Shown: positions 1 through 9,223 of the stretch, in pieces
Layout of the letters: each line of letters opens with the position of its first letter
How positions within the stretch are numbered: the first letter of the stretch is position 1
NCBI GenBank assembly: GCA_963695225.1
Contig: OY968762.1
Coordinates: forward strand, 2,624,001-2,688,000
Reading direction: 5' to 3'
Source: Vulcanimicrobiota bacterium
Lineage (GTDB): Bacteria; Vulcanimicrobiota; Vulcanimicrobiia; Vulcanimicrobiales; Vulcanimicrobiaceae
Length of the DNA: 64,000 nucleotides
Position numbers and translations under genes: made by a program
The notes under the pieces: model-generated
Told to the model about the DNA's origin: nothing
Seen by the model: only the letters and a program-made list of their open reading frames with translations
Database searches by the model: none

Positions 1-281
1 CGCAACTTTCGCTGCCTTACGCGGTCGTGCAGCATGGGAGCATGGTCGATTTCAAGTTCCGGCCGGGGCCGCCCGCGCGCAATTACGACGAGGCCAGGGA
101 AAGCGACGCGACGGCGTTCGCCGCCTACTACCACGGGATGCGCTCGCGCGGCGTCCTGCTCGCCCCCTCGCCGAACGAGCTGATGTTCGTCTCCACGGAA
201 CACGGGTCGCGCGAGTTCGACCGTACGCTCGAAGCAGCCGAATCCACCCTTCGCGACCTTCGTGAAAGGAAACTCGTATGA
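1..281 (+). CDS. hemL: Glutamate-1-semialdehyde 2,1-aminomutase, C-terminal fragment (truncated by window edge)
   Basis: GSM..F..GP.RNYDEA..SD...FAAYYHGM..RGVLLAPSPNE..FVST.H resembles the HemL/class III aminotransferase C-terminus. Confidence 0.75.
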   Translation, partial: QLSLPYAVVQHGSMVDFKFRPGPPARNYDEARESDATAFAAYYHGMRSRGVLLAPSPNELMFVSTEHGSREFDRTLEAAESTLRDLRERKLV

Positions 282-565
282 GCTTGCTCCCGCACGAACA
301 GGTCCATGCAAGACTTGCGAGCCTCGAAGGCTGGCACTTGATCGGCAACGCGATCGAGCGGACGTTCGATTGCGGCGATTTCGACGGCTCGATTCGCTTC
401 GTCAACGCCGTCGCGGCGGCCGCGAATGCGGCCGGGCACCACCCCGATCTTCGCATATCATGGAACCGCGTCACGGTCACGCTCAGTTCGCACGATACAG
501 GCGGCGTCACGGAACGCGATTTCGCGCTGGCCAAGGCGGTCGACGCAGTCGCCGCGGCCGCATGA
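278..565 (+). CDS. phhB: Pterin-4-alpha-carbinolamine dehydratase
   Basis: 95 aa; GW..., HHPDL.ISWNRV, SHDTGGVTERDF.LA motifs. Confidence 0.9.
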   Translation: MSLLPHEQVHARLASLEGWHLIGNAIERTFDCGDFDGSIRFVNAVAAAANAAGHHPDLRISWNRVTVTLSSHDTGGVTERDFALAKAVDAVAAAA

Positions 566-1569
566 AGAGCCGCGAGATCCGGCTCGCGCGCAGGCCGGAA
601 GGGTGGCCCTCGGCCGACACGTTCGAGTTCGCGACCGTCGACGTGCCGGCGCCTCGTTCGGGGCAAGCGACGGTTCGCAACATCTACATGTCGGTCGACC
701 CGTACATGCGCGGCCGCATGAACGACGTGCGTTCGTACGCGCCGCCGTTCAAGGTCGGAGCTCCGCTCGAGGGCTTGGCGATCGGGCAGGTCGTCGCCTC
801 GGAATCGCCGCTCGAAGTCGGGACCTTCGTGTCGTCGAGTTTCGGGTGGCGCGAAGCGTTCACCGCGCGCGCCGAGACGCTGACGAAACGCGACCCGCAG
901 CTCGCCCCGCTTTCGGCGTACCTCGGCGTCCTCGGGATCACGGGCTTCACGGCATACGTGGGACTCGTCGAGATCGCCGGGCTCAAGAGCGGCGACGACG
1001 TCTTCGTCTCATCGGCGGCGGGAGCGGTCGGGAGCGCGGCCGGGCAATTCGCGAAGCTACGCGGGGCGCGAACGATCGGGAGTGCCGGCTCGCCTGAGAA
1101 GGTTGCGTTCTTACGCGAGATCGGATTCGACGATGCGTTCGACTATCACGACGGGGACGTACTCCGGCGCCTCACCACGTTCTCGCCGCACGGGCTGTGC
1201 GTCTACTTCGACAACGTCGGGGGCGAACAGTTACGCGCCGCGCTGGCGGCGATGAGGGATTTCGGGCGGATCGCGGTCTGCGGGATGATCGCGGGATACA
1301 ACGAGCCGGTAGCCGGGCCCGACAACCTCGCGCTGTTGATCTCCCGGCGCCTGACGATGCGCGGCTTCATCGTAACCGACCATCTTTCAAAGTACGGCGA
1401 GTTCGTGCGCGAGTTCGCTCCCGCGGTCCGCGACGGCCGTGCCGGCGTCCTGGAGACGATCGTCCAGGGCCTCGACGCGGCGCCGCAAGCGCTCCTCGAC
1501 GTGCTCCGCGGCGGCCAGCACCGCGGAAAACTCCTCGTCCAACTAGCCCCCGACCCCACGCGAAATTAG
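562..1569 (+). CDS. NADP-dependent oxidoreductase (CurA/prostaglandin reductase, MDR family)
   Basis: ATG at 562 overlaps upstream stop (ATGA); SVDPYMRGRM, AAGAVGS, YFDNVGG motifs. Confidence 0.9.
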   Translation: MKSREIRLARRPEGWPSADTFEFATVDVPAPRSGQATVRNIYMSVDPYMRGRMNDVRSYAPPFKVGAPLEGLAIGQVVASESPLEVGTFVSSSFGWREAFTARAETLTKRDPQLAPLSAYLGVLGITGFTAYVGLVEIAGLKSGDDVFVSSAAGAVGSAAGQFAKLRGARTIGSAGSPEKVAFLREIGFDDAFDYHDGDVLRRLTTFSPHGLCVYFDNVGGEQLRAALAAMRDFGRIAVCGMIAGYNEPVAGPDNLALLISRRLTMRGFIVTDHLSKYGEFVREFAPAVRDGRAGVLETIVQGLDAAPQALLDVLRGGQHRGKLLVQLAPDPTRN

Positions 1570-1587
1570 CCTCATCGGGCTGATCGC

Positions 1588-1750
1588 GGGGCCCGCGGGC
1601 GGGGTGGGGCGACGGTCCCCCGCGGGGACGCCCGCGATTTCGCATCCATGCGAAATCGCTACTCGTGCACTTGCCCGCTCCCGCCATCGTGGCTCCGCGG
1701 GCAAGCTGCACGCCCCGCGGGAGACCGTCGCCCCACCCCGCCCGCTGCCT
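1588..1750 (-). repeat. Structured intergenic repeat, copy A (subfamily 1)
   Basis: Outer stem 1595-1617 pairs with 1723-1745; internal hairpin CGATTTCGCATCCATGCGAAATCG; near-identical inverted copy at 39623-39784. Confidence 0.85.
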
Positions 1751-1802
1751 AACCGATAGCAATGGAACTGGCCCGACCTGCCAAGCCCGTGTCCGGCTTC
1801 GC

Positions 1803-2543
1803 TCAGGCGGAGATTTCCGGCTCGTCGCGCATCGGCTCGTGCTCGCGGCCGGTCTCGATGCGCGAACCGTCCGCGCGTACCGTTTCGGGGAAATTGGCGA
1901 AGGGGCGCATGCGCCGGGGTTCCTGCAGTTCGATCTCCGGGACGAGATCCTTGAGTTCGGTGAACTCGTCGGCAGCGTCCAGGAGATCGTCCGAGGCGCG
2001 CGCCGGAAACGCGCGCGGATGCTCCGCGGTTGCGCTGTACGCCTGGGAGACCTGGCTCGCCACGACTTGCACGCGCACGCCTCGCATCCCGACGGCCTTG
2101 ACGACCGGGACGAAATCCGAATCGCCGGAGACGAGAACCATCCGGTCGCAGCGATCGGCGAGCGTGAGCATGTCGATGGCGAGCTCGATGTCGAGATCGG
2201 CCTTCGTGTTCCCGTCGGCGAAGACTTTGACGGGCTTGCGGACGACTTGATACCCGTTACGGTTCAGCATCCGGATGAACCCCTGCTGCTGCGCCCGCTT
2301 GCGTTCGCTCTCTTGCGGATCGGCCTGGAAGACGCCCCCTTCGACGAGGCGAGCGCGCCGCAGATTCTGCAGGTTCGCGTACGCCTCTTCCGTCCATTCT
2401 CCGATGTAGTAGTACGCGCGCAGGAGAGTTCGAGAGCCGGTAAGCGTCGTCAGCAGCCGCTTGAAATCGACGCGGATGCCGAAACCCTCGTAGGTCGCCT
2501 TCGCGAAGTTCCAGCCGTCGATGAAGATCGCAACGCGCTCCAT
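1803..2543 (-). CDS. NYN domain (LabA/DUF88, PIN-like) protein
   Basis: VAIFIDGWN, KADLDIELAIDM, LVSGDSDFVP motifs; start taken at MERVAIF. Confidence 0.9.
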   Translation of the reverse strand: MERVAIFIDGWNFAKATYEGFGIRVDFKRLLTTLTGSRTLLRAYYYIGEWTEEAYANLQNLRRARLVEGGVFQADPQESERKRAQQQGFIRMLNRNGYQVVRKPVKVFADGNTKADLDIELAIDMLTLADRCDRMVLVSGDSDFVPVVKAVGMRGVRVQVVASQVSQAYSATAEHPRAFPARASDDLLDAADEFTELKDLVPEIELQEPRRMRPFANFPETVRADGSRIETGREHEPMRDEPEISA

Positions 2544-2625
2544 GTTTCCTCTTCCGTTCACGATTCAAATTCGTACCCGGCTTGCGGGGCCGCCAATCGC
2601 GAGGGACGCGCGGGGGACGTAAGTC

Positions 2626-3936
2626 CTAGGCGAAACTCTCCTCGCCGGCCGTCGCCGCGACGCCGTCGGAGACGGCGACCCGCGCGAGCTGCACGGCCTG
2701 CTTCGCCGTGATCTTCGGGGGCTCGGTGCAGACCGGCATGCGCGGCCGGAACCACGTGGCGAAGGCGGCGCGCGCCGCGTTGATCCCGAGCATCAGATGC
2801 TGGTGCGGCCTCACGGTCGCCATCTCTTTGAAGAGGTAGCTATCGAACGTCAGCTTCTGCACGACGTCGACGTCGCACATGTCGACGAAGAATTCACGCC
2901 GGCGATGGCTCGTGTACGAGATGTTCTCGAGGAACTCGAGGAAGTCGAACATCGCGCCGTAACGCTTCTGCCAGAGCATCTCGTAGCGGTCGAGCCTCGC
3001 CTTGTGATCGCCGAAATACGCGTGGAGCGTCTGAGCCGCCAGCCGTCCCGACGCCATCGAAAAATAGATGCCCTCGCCGGACGTGTGCGCGACCATTCCG
3101 CCTGCGTCGCCGACGAGGAGCGTGCGGCCGTAGACGAGCTTTTTGTGGCGCCCCATCGGCAGCGGGTGCCCTTCGAGCAGGATGCGCTTCGCGCCGCGCA
3201 GCTTGTCGCCGGCGCGTGCCTTGACGCCCTCGAGGAACGCGTACGATTGATTCGCGTGTTCGGGGCGGCAGCCGGTGCCGACCGCGACGTGGTCGCTCTT
3301 GGGGAAGATCCAGCCGTAGAAATCCGGAGAGACGTCGTCGCCGAGGTAAAGTTCGGCGCGCGATTCGTAATACGCCATCGCGTCGTCGGGGAGCATGAGC
3401 CGTTCTTGGATCGCCGAGGCGTGGCGGGCGGGCTTGCGTCCGCACGATTTCGCGACCGGGGAGCCGGCGCCGTCCGCACCGACGAGCGCGTCCGCGTTGA
3501 TGAATTCCTCGCGCCCGTCGCGGTAGCGCACGCGCACGCGCACGGTACCGTCGGGGAGGTTCTCGTGCGAAACGAACGTCGCTTCGCGGAGTTCCGCGCC
3601 CGCCTGCTGCGCTTTCTCGCGCATCGCGCGATCGAGCACTTCGCGCGTGACCATGATGATGTAATCGTCTTCGCGCGGAATCGTCCCGCGCACGTCCATC
3701 TCGATCTGCTTGTTGCTCGGCCCGATCACGACGGCACGCTTCGTCTTCCGTTCGATGATCGTGGGCGGAATGCCGAACTCCGTGATCGCCTTCGGGGGGA
3801 CGGCGCCGCCGCAGGGTTTCTTCCGCTTGAGATCGCGCTCGAGCATGAGGACGTCGAAGCCGGTTGCCGCGAGATCGCCCGCTGCGACGCTGCCGCCGAC
3901 GTTGGCGCCGACGACGATGACCGAACCATGCTTCAT
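2626..3936 (-). CDS. bchP: Geranylgeranyl diphosphate reductase
   Basis: KPCGGAVP, VSPDFYGWIFPK, GEGIYFSM, LTFDSYLFK motifs of BchP/ChlP; directly downstream of bchG. Confidence 0.92.
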   Translation of the reverse strand: MKHGSVIVVGANVGGSVAAGDLAATGFDVLMLERDLKRKKPCGGAVPPKAITEFGIPPTIIERKTKRAVVIGPSNKQIEMDVRGTIPREDDYIIMVTREVLDRAMREKAQQAGAELREATFVSHENLPDGTVRVRVRYRDGREEFINADALVGADGAGSPVAKSCGRKPARHASAIQERLMLPDDAMAYYESRAELYLGDDVSPDFYGWIFPKSDHVAVGTGCRPEHANQSYAFLEGVKARAGDKLRGAKRILLEGHPLPMGRHKKLVYGRTLLVGDAGGMVAHTSGEGIYFSMASGRLAAQTLHAYFGDHKARLDRYEMLWQKRYGAMFDFLEFLENISYTSHRRREFFVDMCDVDVVQKLTFDSYLFKEMATVRPHQHLMLGINAARAAFATWFRPRMPVCTEPPKITAKQAVQLARVAVSDGVAATAGEESFA

Positions 3937-4926
3937 TTAGAATCCTCCGGAGCGAACGGCAAGCGCCGCGACGAGCATTCCCCAAACGAACGGGGGGATG
4001 CCCGTGGCGCAATACCACGGCGCGAGTTTGGCGGGATCCGAGGCGAGCTTACGCTGCATCGGAAGTTGCACGAGAAAGAGAATCGCCATCACGCCGGCGG
4101 CGAGATACATGCGATGCGCGAGCACGTACGCGATCGCGAGAACTTGGAAGACGTCGATGAAGACGATCGCGGCCTTGAGCGCATTCTCGCGGCCGAGCAG
4201 CACGGGGAGCGAACGAAGTCCGAGGCGCTTATCGCCTTCGTAGCTCTTGAAATCGTTGAGCGTCATCAAGCCGTGCGAGCCGAGCGAATAGAGCGAGGCG
4301 AGGACGAGCGTCCCGGTCGAGACGTGCCCGAAGCTCGCGGCGCCCGCGACCCACGCGAAGCCTTCGTACGAGAACGCGCAGGCAGCGTTGGCGAGCCACC
4401 CGTTGCGCGCTTTCAGCCGTAACGGCGGCATGCTGTATGCGAAGGCGAGCACGATGCCGCCGATCGCAAGATATCCGACCGAGGGCCCCAGCACGAACGC
4501 GACGATCAGCGCGAGGGCGAGGAGCACGCCCGAAACCGCGGCGACGATCCCCGGCGTGAGCTGGTTTGCAGCCGTCGGCCGCTCCGGTTCGTTGATCCGG
4601 TCTACGTCGCGGTCGTACCAATCGTTGACGACCTGCGAGAGCGCGCACAGTAGCGGGCCGGCGAGGAACATCCCGAGCAGGATGCGTCCGATCGAACCGA
4701 GGTCCCAGTGCGCGTTCCCCGAGGCGACGCAGCCGACGAGCCAGGCCCACATCGGCGCGAACCATGTCCCCGGCTTCATGAACGTGCGCAGCGAGGCGTT
4801 GATGTTCGCCGCGCCGTGTTCGCGGCTGGCAAACGGCAGCATCATCGCGCCCAAATGTCCGGCCGTCGAAACGGTCGAGCGCGCTGTCTCGCGTAGGGTG
4901 GAAATCTTCGAATCCGGGGTGGACAT
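3937..4926 (-). CDS. bchG: (Bacterio)chlorophyll synthase, UbiA family
   Basis: MKPGTWFAPMWA, NDWYDRDVDRINEPERP, YSMPPLRLK, LNDFKSYEGD motifs. Confidence 0.93.
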   Translation of the reverse strand: MSTPDSKISTLRETARSTVSTAGHLGAMMLPFASREHGAANINASLRTFMKPGTWFAPMWAWLVGCVASGNAHWDLGSIGRILLGMFLAGPLLCALSQVVNDWYDRDVDRINEPERPTAANQLTPGIVAAVSGVLLALALIVAFVLGPSVGYLAIGGIVLAFAYSMPPLRLKARNGWLANAACAFSYEGFAWVAGAASFGHVSTGTLVLASLYSLGSHGLMTLNDFKSYEGDKRLGLRSLPVLLGRENALKAAIVFIDVFQVLAIAYVLAHRMYLAAGVMAILFLVQLPMQRKLASDPAKLAPWYCATGIPPFVWGMLVAALAVRSGGF

Positions 4927-4929
4927 CCC

Positions 4930-6471
4930 TTAACCCCCGATCTGTTCCCGCGCGCGAAGCACGACGCCTTCGTCGATCGTCGCGATCCGGTGCTCGCGCG
5001 CGTACTTCTCGACGTTCGAGCGGGCCTTCTTGCGGACGAAGAACGGGATCCGCGACATCAGCCGCTCCGCCCCGGCATCCCACACGAGCGTCCCGCCGCC
5101 GTCGTTCCCGCTCGCCGCGACGGCGGTCGCGCTCGCGGCCGGCGCCTGCTCCCGCTCGGGTTCCGGTGCCGCCTCCGCGAAGCGCCCCTGCCCGCGCGGC
5201 CCGAACGTCTCGATCAGGTGATGTTCGAGGCCGAGCACTTGCGTCGAGTTGACGAGATCCCCAAGATGGTTCGCCCCGTCGTAGCCCACGAACGGCGCGT
5301 ATCCCAGCGGGAAGTTCAGAATGTGTGCCGGCGGCGAGATCACCGCGCACGGCACCCCGAAACCGCTCGCCGAATGCCGCTCCATCTGCGAGCCGAACAT
5401 GATGTCCGGCCGCGTCGCGTCCATTTCGCGCGCGACCTCGCGGTAATCGTCCGTCACGAGCACGCGCTCCGTGACGCCGGCGACCCGCTCGCGCAGCCAA
5501 TCCCCATACTCGAGCACGTACGTCCCGACGAAGTCGACCTGCATGTCGAGTTCGTCGCGCAGCGCCCGCGCGATCCCGGCCGCCGCCGTAGGCGTCCCGA
5601 ACACGGCAACGCGCTTCCCCGAAAGCGCATGCGCGTCGACGGTCCGCGCGTACCAGAGCAAGCGTGCGTCCTTCGCCGCCGCCTTGATTCGCTCGCCCGG
5701 AATCTCGACGAGCGCGCACAGCTCCCGCAGAAACCGCGTCGTCCCCGCTTCCCCAAACGGCAGCGCCTCCGTCCACGGAGTCCCAAACCGTTCCCGAAGG
5801 AAGTCGAGCGTCGGCTGCGCCAACTCGAATGCGGTCGGGACGTTGACCCAAGCCCGCCCGAGCGTCGCCAGATCCGCCGGCGAAGCCCCGAGCGGAACGA
5901 CCGCGTTGACCTCGATCCCGAGCGCCGCGAACATCTTGCGCAGCGACTCGATATTGCCGTGGTCGTGGAACCCCAGCAACGAAGGCCCGATGATGTTGAC
6001 GGAAGGCCGTTCGCTGCGCGCCGTGTCCTTCGCGAAATGCGCGACGAGCTCGCGGACCGTCTTCGCGAACGCGCTCGTCTCGTTATCCCGAACCGGATGC
6101 GCCGTCGCCTGAAAGATCTCGGCGGCGACCTCCCCCGGCTTCATCATCGAAATCTCGCCGTCGAGCGGCTCCTGCAGCACGCTCGCCGTAGCGCTCCGAG
6201 TCACGACGATCAACTCCGGCCGCTCGCGCCGGTCAACCTCCCGCAAGAGCGCCGGAATGTTCGCGCTCGCCCCCGCCAGCGTCGCCTCCGAGAGCCCGCA
6301 AACGCTCATCGGCGGGGTCACCCCCAACCGCTCGAACATGGCGAGCATGATCGTGGCATACCCGTCGCCCTTGGGCGCCCGCAGCACCGCATGCACCTTC
6401 GCCATGGAAGCCGCCGCCCGACAGACGCCCACATGCGCCGGAGCCTGATAGCTCCAAATCGCGAGCTTCAC
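4930..6471 (-). CDS. bchB: Light-independent protochlorophyllide reductase subunit B
   Basis: GTG start at 6471 gives MKLAIWSYQAPAHVG (BchB-type N-terminus); APKGDGY cluster-ligand Asp, GSQMERH, C-terminal PCP_red domain (IPFFVRKKAR). Confidence 0.93.
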   Translation of the reverse strand: MKLAIWSYQAPAHVGVCRAAASMAKVHAVLRAPKGDGYATIMLAMFERLGVTPPMSVCGLSEATLAGASANIPALLREVDRRERPELIVVTRSATASVLQEPLDGEISMMKPGEVAAEIFQATAHPVRDNETSAFAKTVRELVAHFAKDTARSERPSVNIIGPSLLGFHDHGNIESLRKMFAALGIEVNAVVPLGASPADLATLGRAWVNVPTAFELAQPTLDFLRERFGTPWTEALPFGEAGTTRFLRELCALVEIPGERIKAAAKDARLLWYARTVDAHALSGKRVAVFGTPTAAAGIARALRDELDMQVDFVGTYVLEYGDWLRERVAGVTERVLVTDDYREVAREMDATRPDIMFGSQMERHSASGFGVPCAVISPPAHILNFPLGYAPFVGYDGANHLGDLVNSTQVLGLEHHLIETFGPRGQGRFAEAAPEPEREQAPAASATAVAASGNDGGGTLVWDAGAERLMSRIPFFVRKKARSNVEKYAREHRIATIDEGVVLRAREQIGG

Positions 6472-6535
6472 AGCCGGCCCCACCCTTCGACAAGCGCAGG
6501 GTGACGAAGGACCAGGCGAGCCGTCAATGCCCATC

Positions 6536-6690
6536 GGGTCAGTCCGGGGCGGCGAGGGGCCTTGGCGGGAACTCCGACGACGAGCGGAGCCCGGAGGGCG
6601 GGAGCGAGGAGCGGTGTAGCGCTGGTTTTCCCATGGATGGGAAAACCAGCAGCGGTCCCGCCAAGGCCCCTCGCCGCCCCGGACTGACCC
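6536..6690 (+). repeat. Structured intergenic repeat, copy E (subfamily 2), between bchN and bchB
   Basis: Long terminal inverted repeat GGGTCAGTCCGGGGCGGCGAGGGGCCTTGGCGGGA / TCCCGCCAAGGCCCCTCGCCGCCCCGGACTGACCC; internal GCTGGTTTTCCCATGGATGGGAAAACCAGC hairpin; core aligns to 49801-49967. Confidence 0.8.
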
Positions 6691-6699
6691 AGCCGTGAC

Positions 6700-7974
6700 C
6701 TACGCATGCGCGCTCTCCGGCCGGAAGAACTCGAGGTCGATCGGCCGCGCCGAGGCCCCGTCGGCCGCGCGCCGCTTGGCGAGCGCGTCATGCCGCCTCA
6801 GACAGGCCGTGAACATGCCGAAGAGCGTGGCCGCGCCCGAGAAGCCGTGGATGACCTGGAACGAGAGCTCGGTCGACCATTTCACGTTGAACCCCATCCC
6901 CTCGAGCGGATTCGCCACGTTGAGGCTGGCGACGACGAGATCGGGCCTCCGAGCCGAGAGCCGTGCGAACAGCGCGAAGCGATCGGGCCGTTCGAGGATC
7001 TCGACCCCGGCGAGCGACTCGACCTCGGGGGCGTGGTACTTGCGGAAGACGTTCGGGGTGCCCACGATGTCGATGTGGGCACCGGCGGCGCGGAGCGTCC
7101 GGGCGAGCGGGAGTTCGAGCATCGTGTCCGACGCGAAGGCGATCGAGCGGCCGCGAAGTTGTTCCGTTTGGGGCGCGAGGGCGGCCCAAGCGGCGGCCTC
7201 GCGCTCGGCGTATGAGACGGATTTGCCGAACGCCGTCGCGAGCGTTTCATAGAACGCGCGCGCGCCGTCGGGGCCGTATGGGAAGATCGTCTTGTGCAAC
7301 GCGCAACCGCGCTCGCGCTGCGCGTACGTGACGGATCCGTACAGGAACGGATTCACCGGCGCGAGGACGGTGTTCGGCCCGATCGGCGGCAAGTCGAGCG
7401 CGCTCTCGGCGGGTAGGAACCGCGGAACGGGCAGGCCCATGCGGGAGCATTCGAGCCTGATCTCGGCTTCCTCGAGCGCGGAGATGCACCCCAGAATGAC
7501 GAGATTCCGTTCGCTCGTCGTCGGAGCGCGTTCGATCATCGCGGTGAGAACGTGGTCCTCGCCTTGGGTGTAGGACGGGTCGAAGCCGTCGAGCCGGCAA
7601 GGGTAGACCGGGACGCCGAACTCCCGCTCGAGCGGCGGCGCGCACCCGGCGACGTGCATCTTGAGGATCTCGGGCGTGCACGTCGAGGCGAGGAAGATCG
7701 CCCGGGGCGCGTGCTCCGCCACGATCGCCTCGACGAGCGGGCGCAGGCCGGTCAGCGGATCGGCGCCCGAGAGGTCGTCCTCGTCGAGGACGGCCGTCGC
7801 GAAGCGCGGCTTCGCGAAGATCATGACGCCGAGCGCGGTCTGCAGGAAGCCTTGGCACGAGCCAGTTCCCACGACCAAAAAGAAGCTGTCCTGCATCTTG
7901 TGATGCAGCCAGCCGATCGGCGCGAGGGAACAGAAATCATCGCGTTCGATGGTGTCGACTTGGGCATCGAACAA
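6700..7974 (-). CDS. bchN: Light-independent protochlorophyllide reductase subunit N
   Basis: Three cluster Cys (FCSL, GSCQ, STCTPE), FFLVVGT, FAKPRFA, ANPLEGMG..KWSTEL.F..IHGF; start revised to TTG 7974 with GGAGGT SD 9 nt upstream (ORF track start 8010 overlaps the predicted -10). Confidence 0.92.
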   Translation of the reverse strand: MFDAQVDTIERDDFCSLAPIGWLHHKMQDSFFLVVGTGSCQGFLQTALGVMIFAKPRFATAVLDEDDLSGADPLTGLRPLVEAIVAEHAPRAIFLASTCTPEILKMHVAGCAPPLEREFGVPVYPCRLDGFDPSYTQGEDHVLTAMIERAPTTSERNLVILGCISALEEAEIRLECSRMGLPVPRFLPAESALDLPPIGPNTVLAPVNPFLYGSVTYAQRERGCALHKTIFPYGPDGARAFYETLATAFGKSVSYAEREAAAWAALAPQTEQLRGRSIAFASDTMLELPLARTLRAAGAHIDIVGTPNVFRKYHAPEVESLAGVEILERPDRFALFARLSARRPDLVVASLNVANPLEGMGFNVKWSTELSFQVIHGFSGAATLFGMFTACLRRHDALAKRRAADGASARPIDLEFFRPESAHA

Positions 7975-8036
7975 GGCTACGGCACCTCCGGACGTGGCTC
8001 TGCGTACCATGATGCAGCCCGCGCCTCGGCGATGGG

Positions 8037-8050
8037 GTGATAGCAGTCAC
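8037..8050. promoter_or_regulatory. Crp/Fnr-type palindrome upstream of bchNBGP
   Basis: GTGATAGCAGTCAC; 22 nt from minus-strand CATCAT (8009-8014) -10-like hexamer; same motif at 34183, 43726, 49475. Confidence 0.8.
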
Positions 8051-8149
8051 GCCGCAAGGCCGGCGTCCGGTTTCGGGTCCGCGCGCCGGAACGCCGATAC
8101 TAGTGAGTGGAGGCAACCTAGCGCCCCGTTGACGAACGAAAGCACCACG

Positions 8150-8371
8150 ATGAAGCTCGATCCGCTATACGACGACTGCAAGTCGGAACTCAGCCCCGAT
8201 ATGTCGCAGAAGGCCGCAGCCCTCACCGATGCATCCCTGCGCGCCGAGTTGGCGTACGCCTACGAGTGCGGGCCGTACAACGATGATGCGGAACCTGAAG
8301 GGCTCTGGTTCGAGGCGCTCCAGGCGGAACGCGCGAAGCGCGGCCTCCCCGAAGGCTTCGGCAAAGGCTAG
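8150..8371 (+). CDS. Small acidic hypothetical protein (73 aa)
   Basis: ATG 8150, host-like codon usage, no recognised domain. Confidence 0.55.
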   Translation: MKLDPLYDDCKSELSPDMSQKAAALTDASLRAELAYAYECGPYNDDAEPEGLWFEALQAERAKRGLPEGFGKG

Positions 8372-8374
8372 CGC

Positions 8375-8713
8375 CTGCGCACGGGCGATCCGGCTGTCTA
8401 CGTCCTGATCTGTTCGGACGGTTCGCTCTATGCCGGTTGGACAGTCGATCTCGCCGCGCGCCTTCGCAGCCACGGGAACGGCACCGCTGCGCGCTACACG
8501 CGCTCGCGCCTCCCATGCATGTTGCTCGCTTGGTGGACGACGCCGGATCGAGCGAGCGCGATGCGCGAAGAGGCGCGCTTCAAGCGCATGACGCGGGCTC
8601 AAAAGATCGGGACGCTGGAGAGCGGACAGGTGTTCGGCCGAACGCTGCTCAAGGCCCCGCTACTCGAACCATATGCAGCGCGGCCCAACTGCGGCCGCCG
8701 CCAGGGAGGAACG
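8375..8713 (+). CDS. GIY-YIG nuclease domain (YazA/YhbQ-like); no canonical start, in frame with downstream cyclophilin
   Basis: Frame reads AVYVLICSDGSLYAGWTVDLAARLRSHGNGTAARYTRSRLP...AMREEARFKRMTRAQK; the only candidate start is CTG 8375; no stop before 9206. Confidence 0.7.
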
Positions 8714-9208
8714 ATGCCCACGTATACCCCGCCGACCGGCGCCGAACTCGATGCGCTCGCCGCCGAAGCCGCAACCGTCCAAGCCCGGATAACGACGAAG
8801 AAAGGCGACATCGTCTTTCGCTTCTATCCGGTCGAGGCGCGACAGCACTCTGCCGCGTTCATCAAGCTCGCGCGCGCCGGCTTCTACGACGGCCTGAGCT
8901 TTCACCGCGTCGAGCCGGGCTTCGTCATTCAGGGCGGCTGCCCGAACGGAACGGGGACCGGCGGCCCCGGGTACAATCTCGATGCGGAGTTCAACGCGCT
9001 GCCGCACGTGAAGGGAACGGTCGCGATGGCGCGTGCGACGAACCCGAATTCCGCCGGCTCGCAGTTCTACGTCTGCCTCGACGACGCTCGCTTCCTCGAC
9101 AAGCAGTACACGGTGTTCGGGCAGACGACGAGCGGCCAAGACGTCGTCGACGCGATTCGCAAGGGCGACGTGATGGAGAAGGTCACGATCGAACCCTTGG
9201 GTACTTGA
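8714..9208 (+). CDS. Cyclophilin-type peptidyl-prolyl cis-trans isomerase
   Basis: GGAGGA SD then ATG 8714; FYDGLSFHRVEPGFVIQGG, GTVAMAR, SAGSQFY, YTVFG motifs. Confidence 0.95.
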   Translation: MPTYTPPTGAELDALAAEAATVQARITTKKGDIVFRFYPVEARQHSAAFIKLARAGFYDGLSFHRVEPGFVIQGGCPNGTGTGGPGYNLDAEFNALPHVKGTVAMARATNPNSAGSQFYVCLDDARFLDKQYTVFGQTTSGQDVVDAIRKGDVMEKVTIEPLGT

Positions 9209-9223
9209 CGAGCGCGCCTCGGC

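Noticed and set aside
1665..1750. Shared peptide MHLPAPAIVAPRASCTPRG in ORFs at 1665 and 39708
   Set aside because: Arises from translating the structured DNA repeat, not a real protein family
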